Below, in pieces: positions 18,426-26,320 of a DNA stretch of 32,000 nucleotides. A model generated the notes under the pieces. That model was not told where the DNA came from. It was given only the letters and a program-made list of their open reading frames with translations, and made no database searches. Source of the DNA: an uncultured Chloroflexia bacterium (GTDB lineage: Bacteria > Chloroflexota > Ktedonobacteria > Ktedonobacterales > JADMIN01); the NCBI GenBank assembly GCA_963718915.1, contig CAVRAI010000004.1, positions 120,001-152,000 on the forward strand, written 5' to 3'. Position numbers and translations under genes: made by a program. Each line of letters opens with the position of its first letter. Within the stretch, counting starts at the first letter, position 1.

Positions 18426-18450
18426 CAGTAGGCGCGGCGATGTATACACT
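18422..18450 (+). promoter_or_regulatory. sigma70-type promoter TTGACA-17-TACACT for the translin-family gene
   Basis: A perfect -35 hexamer lies at 18422-18427, followed by a 17 nt spacer and TACACT at 18445-18450. It is 64 nt upstream of the GTG start. Confidence 0.5.
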
Positions 18451-18513
18451 AACTGGTAATCACACGAGGTGAGGTAGCCCAGCGGAGAGGTCCGCAGAAA
18501 GAGGACGGAAACC

Positions 18514-19146
18514 GTGTCTGATCTTCAGGCCATTGGTCGAGCAGCGCAAGATTATCTTGCGACAAAGTTTGCCGCTCGTGAGCGCGCCCTGCCCAAATCG
18601 CGCGCCGCGATTCGGCTCTGCGCCAATGCCATTCGCGCTGCTCACCGTGGTGAATTCGACCAGTGCAACCGCCAATTGACCGAGGCTGGCGGCCTGTTGC
18701 GGGACATGGCGCTCGACCTGCGTGAGCACCAGGACATTTTCTATGCGGGATTCGTGGCCGACGCGCAGAAGGAATATGCCGAGGCGGCCCTCACTAGCGC
18801 GCTGATGCAGCGCCAGCAACCCCCTACCCCCGATGTGCTTGGAGTGGAATGGGCGCCGTACCTCAATGGGCTGGGCGAGGCGGTTGGCGAATTGCGCCGC
18901 TACATACTCGACCGCATGCGCCAGGGACGGCTCGAAGGCTGCGAGGAGTTGCTGGCCGATATGGATGAAATCTACAGCCAGCTCATCACCCTGGACTACC
19001 CCGACGCCATTACGGGCAACTTGCGCCGCACCACCGACGCCGTCCGCGGCATCCTGGAAAAGACGCGCGGCGATCTGACACTGGCCGTGAGCCAGGAGCG
19101 CCTCAACGCCGCCATGAATCGCGTCCACGAGAGCCTGCGCGGCTAG
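18514..19146 (+). CDS. translin-family protein
   Basis: 210 aa all-helical protein. The FYAGFVADAQKEYAEA and PYLNGLGEAVGELRRYILD blocks resemble the translin/TRAX fold consensus. The call is from memory of the family. Confidence 0.55.
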   Translation: MSDLQAIGRAAQDYLATKFAARERALPKSRAAIRLCANAIRAAHRGEFDQCNRQLTEAGGLLRDMALDLREHQDIFYAGFVADAQKEYAEAALTSALMQRQQPPTPDVLGVEWAPYLNGLGEAVGELRRYILDRMRQGRLEGCEELLADMDEIYSQLITLDYPDAITGNLRRTTDAVRGILEKTRGDLTLAVSQERLNAAMNRVHESLRG

Positions 19147-19296
19147 GCCAAGTAGGCTGAGGTCGTCATAACATCCGCGCGCCAGCCCACCAGATTCTCC
19201 CGGCATGGACACTGGGATATCTCAACATGCGCCTCTTCGGGTACAATCGTCGTACAGGCCATACCAAATCCGGCTAAGTTGTTGTCATTGGCGAGC

Positions 19297-19370
19297 GCGC
19301 CGTAGCCTGAAGGCCCCGGCGAATGGGCGGAGAAATTCGCCGTAGCGTTTACGCTACGGCCTGCACCCGA
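19297..19370. repeat. solitary copy of repeat family A with its spacer module inverted, next to a GCCGTAGCCTGAAGGC motif
   Basis: The hairpin CCGTAGCGTTTACGCTACGG lies at 19340-19359. GCGAATGGGCGGAGAAATTCGC is the reverse complement of the spacer orientation seen at 11.2-11.6 kb. Confidence 0.75.
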
Positions 19371-19444
19371 AGGACAACAATCCAAACGAAATTGGTATCA
19401 GTTCCAGTCGCCGGATCGTAGCAAGCTGACGCTGCCATCACACG

Positions 19445-20542
19445 ATGTTTGCATGGCCGACGCGACCTCAGACAGATGGTATGCCCAGGAGGATCACCAT
19501 GGATGATGGGACGGTGGCGCGGCCTTTCGTCCATAACGCCCAGGCAGAAAGCGATGTTGCGACGGCGGGCATTAGCGAGGCCAGTCTGGCGCTGGCGCCC
19601 AGGTCGCGGCTGGCCACCTGGATGCGCCTGATTCGCCCTTCGGCGCAGCTGCTCGTCCTCGTGCCAGCCCTCACCGCGCTGGCGCTGCTGTGGATTCGTG
19701 GCGCGAGGCTGCTGGCGCTTCCGGCGCTGGCGGGGATCGTCAGCCTCGCGCTGGTACAGGCGGGGGCGAGTCTGCTCGATGTCTATCTGGAATACGCCCG
19801 CCGCGCGCATCTGCCGGAGACCGAGCGGCGCGACCACCTGACGGCGCGTGCGCTGCTGGCGCGCTCCGCGATCAACCCGCTTAACGTCCTCCGGCTGAGC
19901 ATCCTGCTGATCGTATTGGGCGGCCTTGCCGGTATCCCGCTCGTCATCTCAGGCGGCTGGCCGGTCGCGCTGCTGGGTCTTGCGGGCGTGGCGATTGCCT
20001 TTCTCTTCTCGGCTACCTCCTTCGCGCTCAAGCGTTTTCCGCTGGCCGATATCATCATCGGGCTGGCGCTGGGGCCGGGAATCGTGACCGGGATGATGCT
20101 GGCGCAACGGCATGTGCCAACCAGTCGCGATCTGCTCTTTGCTGGCGCGCTTGGTTTTCTGGCGATGCTTCCCGCCGCTGGCGCGCACCTGCGCGATGCC
20201 CAGCAGGACGCGCTGCTCGGGCGCAAAACGCTCGTGACTGAGTTGGGCGATGGCCTGGGACGGACAATCTATGTGGTCTGTCTGCTAGCGGGGCTGACAC
20301 TGCTGGCGCTGGCCGCGTTGCCGCATGGCGCGCCGCATGGCGCATTGCTTGGGTTCCTCGCGCTCCCCTCGTTCTCCATCCCCGTCAGTGGCGCGCTGAT
20401 TGCCAAGCCGGGTTACGCGCGCGAGCAGGTTGTCTTGCAGGAACGCCGCGCCTATGCCATCTTCGCTTTCTGGTTCCTGTTTGGCCTGGCAATCAATGCG
20501 ATCCTGATAAGCGGGCTGGGGCCGATTCCCGCGACTGTCTAG
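19445..20542 (+). CDS. UbiA-family prenyltransferase (MenA-like), polytopic membrane protein
   Basis: There are 8-9 hydrophobic segments. An Asp-rich region lies near LLDVYLEYAR, and a second motif RDAQQDALLGRKTLVTELG matches the D..D...GK.TL pattern of MenA-type enzymes. The start is uncertain (other Met codons at 19481 and 19499). Confidence 0.6.
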   Translation: MFAWPTRPQTDGMPRRITMDDGTVARPFVHNAQAESDVATAGISEASLALAPRSRLATWMRLIRPSAQLLVLVPALTALALLWIRGARLLALPALAGIVSLALVQAGASLLDVYLEYARRAHLPETERRDHLTARALLARSAINPLNVLRLSILLIVLGGLAGIPLVISGGWPVALLGLAGVAIAFLFSATSFALKRFPLADIIIGLALGPGIVTGMMLAQRHVPTSRDLLFAGALGFLAMLPAAGAHLRDAQQDALLGRKTLVTELGDGLGRTIYVVCLLAGLTLLALAALPHGAPHGALLGFLALPSFSIPVSGALIAKPGYAREQVVLQERRAYAIFAFWFLFGLAINAILISGLGPIPATV

Positions 20543-20572
20543 CCTTCACCGCCCTCGTCCCCCTGTAGCCAG

Positions 20573-20602
20573 TTGACGCGCCGGTTTTTCGCTGCCTAGA
20601 AT
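20573..20602 (+). promoter_or_regulatory. sigma70-type promoter TTGACG-18-TAGAAT upstream of larE
   Basis: The hexamers are seen directly. This placement argues against the track start at 20604 and for the GTG at 20646. Confidence 0.4.
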
Positions 20603-20645
20603 CATGGGTAGAGATGCGGGTCGGGGAGTCAGCAGAGGAAAATCC

Positions 20646-21515
20646 GTGGCGCTTGACGAGACGAAGACGCTCAGCCCTGAGCTGCGCGAACAATACGCGA
20701 GACTCACCGCTATCCTGCGGGAAATGGAATCCGTGCTGGTGGCGTACTCAGGCGGCGTGGATAGCGCGCTGCTGCTCAAAGTGGCAACCGATACGCTCGG
20801 CGAGCGGGCCGTCGGAGCGCTCGCGGCCTCGCCCGCGTATGATCCGGCTGAGACGGCGGAGGCGGTAGCGGTGGCGCGGCGTATGGGCGCCCGGCTGGAG
20901 GTCGTCGAGACGCGCGAGCTGGATGATCCGCGCTATACCGCCAACAATGCCGACCGCTGCTACTTCTGCAAGGTGGAGTTGTTCGCCCATCTGGCGCCAC
21001 TGGCCGAGCGGCTGGGGCTGGCGCGAATCGCCTATGGCATGAACCGCGACGATCATGGCGACTGGCGGCCCGGCCAGCGCGCGGCCCGCGAGCATGGCGT
21101 CCGCTCGCCACTCGACGAGGCGGGGATGGGTAAAGCGGAGATTCGAGCGCTGGCCCAGTATTTGGATGTGCCCGTCTGGGAGAAGCCCGCCGAGGCCTGC
21201 TACTCGTCGCGCATCCCGTATGGAACGCCCGTCACGGTGGAGGCGCTACGCCAGATTGGGCGCGCCGAGCGTGCGCTGCGTGCGCTTGGATTCCGGCGGG
21301 TGCGGGTGCGCCACCACGAGACCATCGCACGCATCGAACTCGATCCCGACGATTTTCCCCGCCTGCTCGATGCGACGTTGCGCGAGCAGGTCGTCGCCGC
21401 CGTCCGCGACGCGGGCTATTCGTTTGTCACGCTCGATCTGCGGGGCTACCGCACCGGCTCGCTCAACGAGGCGCTTCTCCGGCGCAAGAGCAGTGGGGAT
21501 GGGACTGGCGGCTAA
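20646..21515 (+). CDS. larE: ATP-dependent sacrificial sulfur transferase LarE / PP-loop ATP pyrophosphatase family
   Basis: It has the PP-loop VAYSGGVDSALL, the CYFCK motif and the C-terminal HHETIARIE block typical of LarE (TIGR00268-like). The GTG start at 20646 is preceded by GAGGA. Confidence 0.75.
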   Translation: MALDETKTLSPELREQYARLTAILREMESVLVAYSGGVDSALLLKVATDTLGERAVGALAASPAYDPAETAEAVAVARRMGARLEVVETRELDDPRYTANNADRCYFCKVELFAHLAPLAERLGLARIAYGMNRDDHGDWRPGQRAAREHGVRSPLDEAGMGKAEIRALAQYLDVPVWEKPAEACYSSRIPYGTPVTVEALRQIGRAERALRALGFRRVRVRHHETIARIELDPDDFPRLLDATLREQVVAAVRDAGYSFVTLDLRGYRTGSLNEALLRRKSSGDGTGG

Positions 21516-21517
21516 AG

Positions 21518-21647
21518 CCGCGTCTAAGGGCTACGCCACAAAGGCCGCCTGCGCGGGCTGTCCATAGTCCTCCCATGAGAGTATCTCATTGGGTGAGGTT
21601 CTGGCTCCCCTCTCCCACAGGGAGAGGGGATGGGGGTGAGGTCAGCC
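21518..21647. repeat. family D (inverted) plus family C palindromic repeats filling the gap between convergent larE and capA-like genes
   Basis: 21518-21572 is the reverse complement of 14787-14840 with a few mismatches. 21591-21647 matches the family C consensus. The repeat abuts the capA-like stop codon at 21648-21650. Confidence 0.8.
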
Positions 21648-22763
21648 TCATCCCTGTCCGTATTGGCCGCGCGCCAGCATATCCGTGCCTGACCACATGC
21701 GGTCGAAGACATCAACCGCCTCGGCGGGTGTCATCGGGCGCGGCTGGCAGCGGTCCTGATCGAGCACTGGCACCCAGCGGATACTGGCGAGCGTCGTCCC
21801 ACGCCAGTAGAGGTGGAGCAGGAAGCCTTCGAGTGTGGGGCGCGACCAGTCCTGGTCGAAGATGAAATTGCCCAGCGCGTAGATGATGAGCTTCCCTTTA
21901 TACTCCTCGATGGCCTGCACCCAGTGTGGGTGGACGCCAAGCACCATGTCGGCTCCCGCGTCGATGGCGGCGCGGGCGGCATTTTGCTGGAGCTTGATGG
22001 GATCTTTGGTATACTCGATGCCCCAGTGGAAGTAAGGAATGACGATATCGGCCTTCTGACGCGCGGCGGCGATATCCTGTGGCAGCCGTTGCAGGTCAAC
22101 GGGCGCCAGTCCCCATGACGTGCTGGTGGCGTAAGGGCCTTGCGGTCCAGGCGGCGTCATCAGGTAGCCGTGCATGGCGACCCGCAGCCCTTTGGCGGTC
22201 ATTATGCTGGGCGCGCATGCCTCGTCCAGGTTGTTGCCGCCACCACACACCGCGATGCCATTGCCGCGCAGATTGCCCAGCATATCCATAAACGAGACAT
22301 AGCCATCTCCGTTGGCGTGGTTATTAGCCACGGTCAGCATGTCGAAGTTCGCGAATTTCAGCCCATCGACCGCCTTCGCCTTCGTGACGAAAGTGAAGGT
22401 AAAAGGATCCGTGGGAACTGGAACCTTATCGGTGACGATGCATTCGAGGTTGGCGACCCGCAGATCGGCGCTATCTAGCTCCGCCTTCATCTTGCGATAG
22501 GGGTAGAGATAGTCGTTGTAGGCGACCATCTTATTGTTGACGCCGCGCCCCAGCATGATATCGCCAACCGCCGCCATATCCATCACCGGCGTCGCGCCCG
22601 CCAGGACGAACGCCAGCGCGCCCGCCAATGCCTTCGCGTCCAGCCCCTGTTGCGCCAGCGCATCCGAGACGCCAAGCTGCAAGGTATAGGGCGCGAACGG
22701 CGCTGGAAGCTGGCTGCCACGTTGCTGCGCGGGGTAGACGTTGTCTATGCCCAGATTCTTCAC
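21648..22763 (-). CDS. CapA-family (poly-gamma-glutamate capsule synthesis-like) metallophosphatase
   Basis: AAVGDIMLGR, ANNHANGDG, YFHWGIEYT and LGVHPHWVQ are the metallophosphatase and CapA blocks. The called ORF has no signal peptide of its own. Confidence 0.8.
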   Translation of the reverse strand: MKNLGIDNVYPAQQRGSQLPAPFAPYTLQLGVSDALAQQGLDAKALAGALAFVLAGATPVMDMAAVGDIMLGRGVNNKMVAYNDYLYPYRKMKAELDSADLRVANLECIVTDKVPVPTDPFTFTFVTKAKAVDGLKFANFDMLTVANNHANGDGYVSFMDMLGNLRGNGIAVCGGGNNLDEACAPSIMTAKGLRVAMHGYLMTPPGPQGPYATSTSWGLAPVDLQRLPQDIAAARQKADIVIPYFHWGIEYTKDPIKLQQNAARAAIDAGADMVLGVHPHWVQAIEEYKGKLIIYALGNFIFDQDWSRPTLEGFLLHLYWRGTTLASIRWVPVLDQDRCQPRPMTPAEAVDVFDRMWSGTDMLARGQYGQG

Positions 22764-23440
22764 GCGCCAGTCAAGCCAACTCGACTGGAGCGAGCGCGAT
22801 GCTGCCGGGATGCGTGCTTCACCTGCTGTAGCAGATCGTCGGCCGTGGCTACCGTCGTCGCGCCGCCGGGGATTGTCACGCCTTTGGGCGGCGTCAAGCC
22901 CTTGAGGGCGAACACCTTGACGGGCAGGCTGTATGGCGCGCCCGCCGCCTGCCAGTTGGTCATGGAGCCGCTGAGCAGCCCGCGCGCCTGGTCGCCGTTC
23001 ACCCCATCGATCGGGACGCGCATGTGGGCAAACGCCGTGGCGGGACTGGCGCCAATCGCCGCGCCTTTATACCCTTGCGGAAGCGCGCCATAGGTCAGCA
23101 TGAGGTCGGGTGGGGTGGCTGTGCTGGTCGCGAGATGGGTTTCGGCGATGCCCGCGTGGCCGCCGAGATTCGCGGCGACGGAATTGGCGACGGCGCGCGG
23201 CACGGTTCCATCGGCGTAGAGGACTGCTGGACGCTTCAGTGTAAATGGTGTCACGGTCGCGGCGGTTTTTTGCGCGACGCCCGGCGCGCACGCCACCAGC
23301 GCAACAGTGGCGGTAGCAGCGGCGCCCGCCGCCAGCAGCTCGCGGCGCGTCAGTATCGGCCCGCCTACCTGGCCATTCTTTGCCAGAGTGCGCCGATGTG
23401 TCGTCTCGCTCGTCTCGCGCCGCTTCTGCTCGCCCTTCAT
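22760..23440 (-). CDS. Tat-signal lipoprotein, periplasmic-binding-protein-like; possibly the N-terminal part of the CapA protein
   Basis: The ATG at 23440 is preceded by GGAGGA. TRRELLAAGAAATATVALVAC is a twin-arginine signal plus lipobox. It overlaps the capA-like start by 4 nt (GTGA). Confidence 0.5.
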   Translation of the reverse strand: MKGEQKRRETSETTHRRTLAKNGQVGGPILTRRELLAAGAAATATVALVACAPGVAQKTAATVTPFTLKRPAVLYADGTVPRAVANSVAANLGGHAGIAETHLATSTATPPDLMLTYGALPQGYKGAAIGASPATAFAHMRVPIDGVNGDQARGLLSGSMTNWQAAGAPYSLPVKVFALKGLTPPKGVTIPGGATTVATADDLLQQVKHASRQHRARSSRVGLTGA

Positions 23441-23572
23441 GCCCTGCGTCCTCCACCACTCTCAAGGCTGATCCATTGCGAGTCTCAGGATACATTAGCA
23501 GCGGGTATCTGGGGAGCTATCTGGTACTACAGGATGAAGTTCTAGTACCGCGCAGTCCAGGCGTCTGCCTGT

Positions 23573-24076
23573 CTAAAGCTCTTCGAGTTGTTCGCGGAGA
23601 TCGGCGCGGAGCGCCTCGAAGCGCTCCAGCCGCGCTTTCAAGAGAGCCTGCATCTCCTGCAGTCCGGCCAGCTTTTCCTCGACGAGCTGCACCTGTCGCC
23701 GGGTCAACTCTTCTGAGCGGTCGAGCCATTCCAGCCGGGTGCGCGGATCGGTCTCCTGCCGCCATGCCTCGCGCACGTGTTGGCGCTGCTCCTCGGCGTC
23801 GGCCATCTCGCGGATTTCCGCCAGCGAGAAGCCTAGCAGATCCTTCAGCCGCTTGATACGTTCGAGCTGCTGCACGTCTGCCTCGCTGTAGAGGCGATAG
23901 CCGCCCTCAGTGCGGGTTGGCGCGGGCAGGAGTCCGATCTCCTCGTAATAGCGCAGCGTGCGTTTTGTCAGTCCAGTGCGCGCCGCGACCTGCTCGATAC
24001 GCTGATAGCTCACACCATCATCGGTATGTTGCTCCGAAGTCTTATCATCAACTGGCGCGGGCTGATTTGTCATCAT
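23573..24076 (-). CDS. MerR-family transcriptional regulator
   Basis: The helix-turn-helix YQRIEQVAARTGLTKRTLRYYEEIGLL..GGYRLY is followed by a long coiled coil. An ATG start lies at 24076; the track uses a TTG at 24091. Confidence 0.8.
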   Translation of the reverse strand: MMTNQPAPVDDKTSEQHTDDGVSYQRIEQVAARTGLTKRTLRYYEEIGLLPAPTRTEGGYRLYSEADVQQLERIKRLKDLLGFSLAEIREMADAEEQRQHVREAWRQETDPRTRLEWLDRSEELTRRQVQLVEEKLAGLQEMQALLKARLERFEALRADLREQLEEL

Positions 24077-24282
24077 ATGTGATTGCCCCAATTTCTCCCG
24101 GATTCATAACCCATCAATCGATCATAACCATAACAGATAGCGGGCCGCCGCGTGCCATCAGGCGCGGCCTGTACGAAAACGCGATCCAAAAAACCCTATT
24201 CATAACTTATCGTATAACACATTCACGTACACGTCAATGTTTGCGAATGGCTACGCACGTGCTTTTCTTCGGCGGGTACATG

Positions 24283-24311
24283 TTGACACGCGCGGCGCAA
24301 CTTGCTATCGT
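24283..24311 (+). promoter_or_regulatory. sigma70-type promoter TTGACA-17-TATCGT for the membrane protein gene divergent from merR
   Basis: The hexamers are seen directly. The -10 element is 64 nt upstream of the GTG at 24375. The string CTTGCTATCGTG recurs at 4553-4564. Confidence 0.4.
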
Positions 24312-24374
24312 GGCAAGAGCAGGCGAGATGTTTTGTTTCGCGAGGTTGTCGCGAATCGGCTTGAGGAGGGACAT

Positions 24375-24899
24375 GTGAGCGGCGAGGCAGCAGCAGCCAC
24401 ATCCTCACGACAGTCGGGTCGTAGAGGCTGGTTCGTATTTCTGGCGGTCTATTCATTCATCCTGGCGGTTATCACCGCGATCCCGCAGTTCTATTACGTC
24501 CTATTTGCGCTACATCTGGTCGCCATCGGCCCAAATACGAATCCGCTCGGCGAGGTCTGGTACTGGTACATACTGAGCGGAGATAACAGCTACCAGCGCG
24601 TCGATCCGGGCATTCTGGCGGGCGCTGTCGAAGACGCTTTTCTACTCGGCCCGCTCTACTTCGCGACGGGTCTCGGCCTGGCCCGGAATAGCCGCTGGGT
24701 ATTTCCGGTTGGCCTGATAACCGGGGCGATGATTCTTTATGCGATCATTGGCTTCTTCCTGGGCGATATCTTCGCCGGGCTGAACACCGTCACCAATGGC
24801 GTCTCGTACTGGGCATCGAACCTGCCGTATCTGATCTATCCGATCCTGCTGCTGGCGACGTTACTGGTAAGCCGACGGCGCTTCACGGGTAAGCAGTGA
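24375..24899 (+). CDS. small integral membrane protein (4 predicted TM helices), function unknown
   Basis: The GTG at 24375 is preceded by GGAGGG. Hydrophobic segments include WFVFLAVYSFILAVITAI, YVLFALHLVAI, FLLGPLYFATGLGLA, VGLITGAMILYAIIGFFLG and LIYPILLLATLL. Confidence 0.55.
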   Translation: MSGEAAAATSSRQSGRRGWFVFLAVYSFILAVITAIPQFYYVLFALHLVAIGPNTNPLGEVWYWYILSGDNSYQRVDPGILAGAVEDAFLLGPLYFATGLGLARNSRWVFPVGLITGAMILYAIIGFFLGDIFAGLNTVTNGVSYWASNLPYLIYPILLLATLLVSRRRFTGKQ

Positions 24900-24967
24900 T
24901 AGCGGCGACACATCCTGCCTCTGTGGAATCCTCGCGCCCAATCGCCGGGTCCGCTCGATAAGGGATT

Positions 24968-24992
24968 AGCCGTAGGTCTTCAGCCTACGGCT
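24968..24992. terminator. 9 bp perfect stem-loop (AGCCGTAGG-TCTTCAG-CCTACGGCT) between convergent genes; same hairpin family as 8814-8837
   Basis: Seen directly. The flanking T-run is weak (AGTTTCCC). Confidence 0.35.
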
Positions 24993-25034
24993 AGTTTCCC
25001 TCAATGGGACAGCGCCTGGCGGCTCCATCTCAGC

Positions 25035-25946
25035 CTACGCCTCTGCGCCAGCCTGTACCGGAGCGCTCTTCGCCAGTTCCGCCGTGGTTGTCGGCACGAT
25101 CATCAGCGGAATCCTGGATTTGCGCGCGACGGCAAGCGTGACGCTACCAAGCACGAGGCGCTTCAAGCCAGTGCGTCCGTGGGTGCTCATGACCAGGAGG
25201 CTTCCCGGTCTTGTTTCCGCCAGTCCGAGGATCACTTCGGCTGGAATGCCCTGTTGGAACATCGTCTGCGCCTGAACGCTCTCAGTCCGCTCCAGCCGCT
25301 CCCTGAGCGCCGCCAGATAGTCGGTGGCCTCGCGCTCATCGAACTCATAACTATCACGCGCGAGCGGATAGGTTTCCATCCCCGCGGCAATGACATGAAC
25401 GGGTGGAACAATGCGGAGCAGCAGCAACGGGCGATCATAGTGCCGGGCCAGGCGGAGCGCCATCGGGAGGGCTTTTTCGGCGAGCGCGCTGCCATCTAGC
25501 GTCACGATCACCTGCGCGCCGCCAAACTGGAGCAGTTGCGGTGACTCCGTTGTTCCGGTGGGCGGGACGACCAGCACCGGCGCCGCTGTTCGCGCGAGCA
25601 CGTTGGCGGTCACGCTGGGGTGGCGCAGCCCTTCCAGCAATCCGCGTGGCTCGGGCGCGAGGACGATCACATCGACCTTGTCTAGGTCGGCGGCGGTGGC
25701 AATGGCTGGAGCGGCTTTGCCGAACTCAGTGACGACATGCGCTTTCACGCCCGCCGCGCGCAACTCGTCCGCGATTGCTTCCAGGCGGTTGTCAATCGCT
25801 AGCTCGTCCATAAGCGAGGCGCCCTGCGGCTCGACATGCAGCAGAAAAATCCGCGCCTCATGTGAGGTAGCCAGCGCGCGCGCGAATGGAATCGCCTCTT
25901 CCGCCCGTTTTGTGCCATCCAGCGGAACCAAAATGCGCCTGAACAT
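25035..25946 (-). CDS. universal stress protein with tandem UspA domains
   Basis: MFRRILVPLDGT..., ..VMSTHGRTGLKRLVLGSVT.. and a second ..IVTLDGS.. half show two USP domains. The ATG at 25946 is preceded by AAGGAG. The track ORF extends upstream to 26141. Confidence 0.8.
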   Translation of the reverse strand: MFRRILVPLDGTKRAEEAIPFARALATSHEARIFLLHVEPQGASLMDELAIDNRLEAIADELRAAGVKAHVVTEFGKAAPAIATAADLDKVDVIVLAPEPRGLLEGLRHPSVTANVLARTAAPVLVVPPTGTTESPQLLQFGGAQVIVTLDGSALAEKALPMALRLARHYDRPLLLLRIVPPVHVIAAGMETYPLARDSYEFDEREATDYLAALRERLERTESVQAQTMFQQGIPAEVILGLAETRPGSLLVMSTHGRTGLKRLVLGSVTLAVARKSRIPLMIVPTTTAELAKSAPVQAGAEA

Positions 25947-26136
25947 CGAATGTCTCCTTCTCGCTACGAGCGGCATCTCGCCGCCCGACCCAGCTACGCG
26001 CCGACTTCCCAATGGAGAGTCCTTTCTCCCGCGTGCCTCCTCCTTGCCTGAATCAGATAAGGCCTCGTACAATTGGCCTTCATCTTCAGCATAGAGTCGG
26101 GGCATCACAGTCTCCTCACACTTTGCGACGCGGTTT

Positions 26137-26169
26137 GTCACAGAGTCGTCACAGAGCCGTCACAGAGCC
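26137..26169. repeat. three tandem 11 bp direct repeats GTCACAGAG(T/C)C
   Basis: Seen directly: 26137-26147, 26148-26158 and 26159-26169. They lie about 190-225 nt upstream of the USP start. Confidence 0.8.
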
Positions 26170-26320
26170 GGATGTTGGCTGTGCTGAGCCGCGCGGGCCA
26201 GCGAGGTTGGGCGAGGCGGTCGCGGAACTGGTGGGCGGATAACTTTCGTGACCTTGATGTGTTTTAGAGTATGGTGGGGACACGTTACTAGAATCGGTGT
26301 TCGGCATCTGGGTGGCGCGT

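Noticed and set aside
18460-19212. 250 aa minus-strand ORF
   Set aside because: It is antisense to the translin-family gene, which has its own consensus promoter and a coherent helical sequence.
20604-20645. Track start codon for larE at 20604
   Set aside because: It lies 1 nt after the candidate -10 box TAGAAT (20597-20602). The GTG at 20646, preceded by GAGGA, gives an N-terminus of the usual length before the PP-loop.
25947-26141. 65-codon N-terminal extension of the USP ORF
   Set aside because: A strong AAGGAG lies 7 nt before the internal ATG at 25946, and the USP domain begins right there (MFRRILVPLDG).
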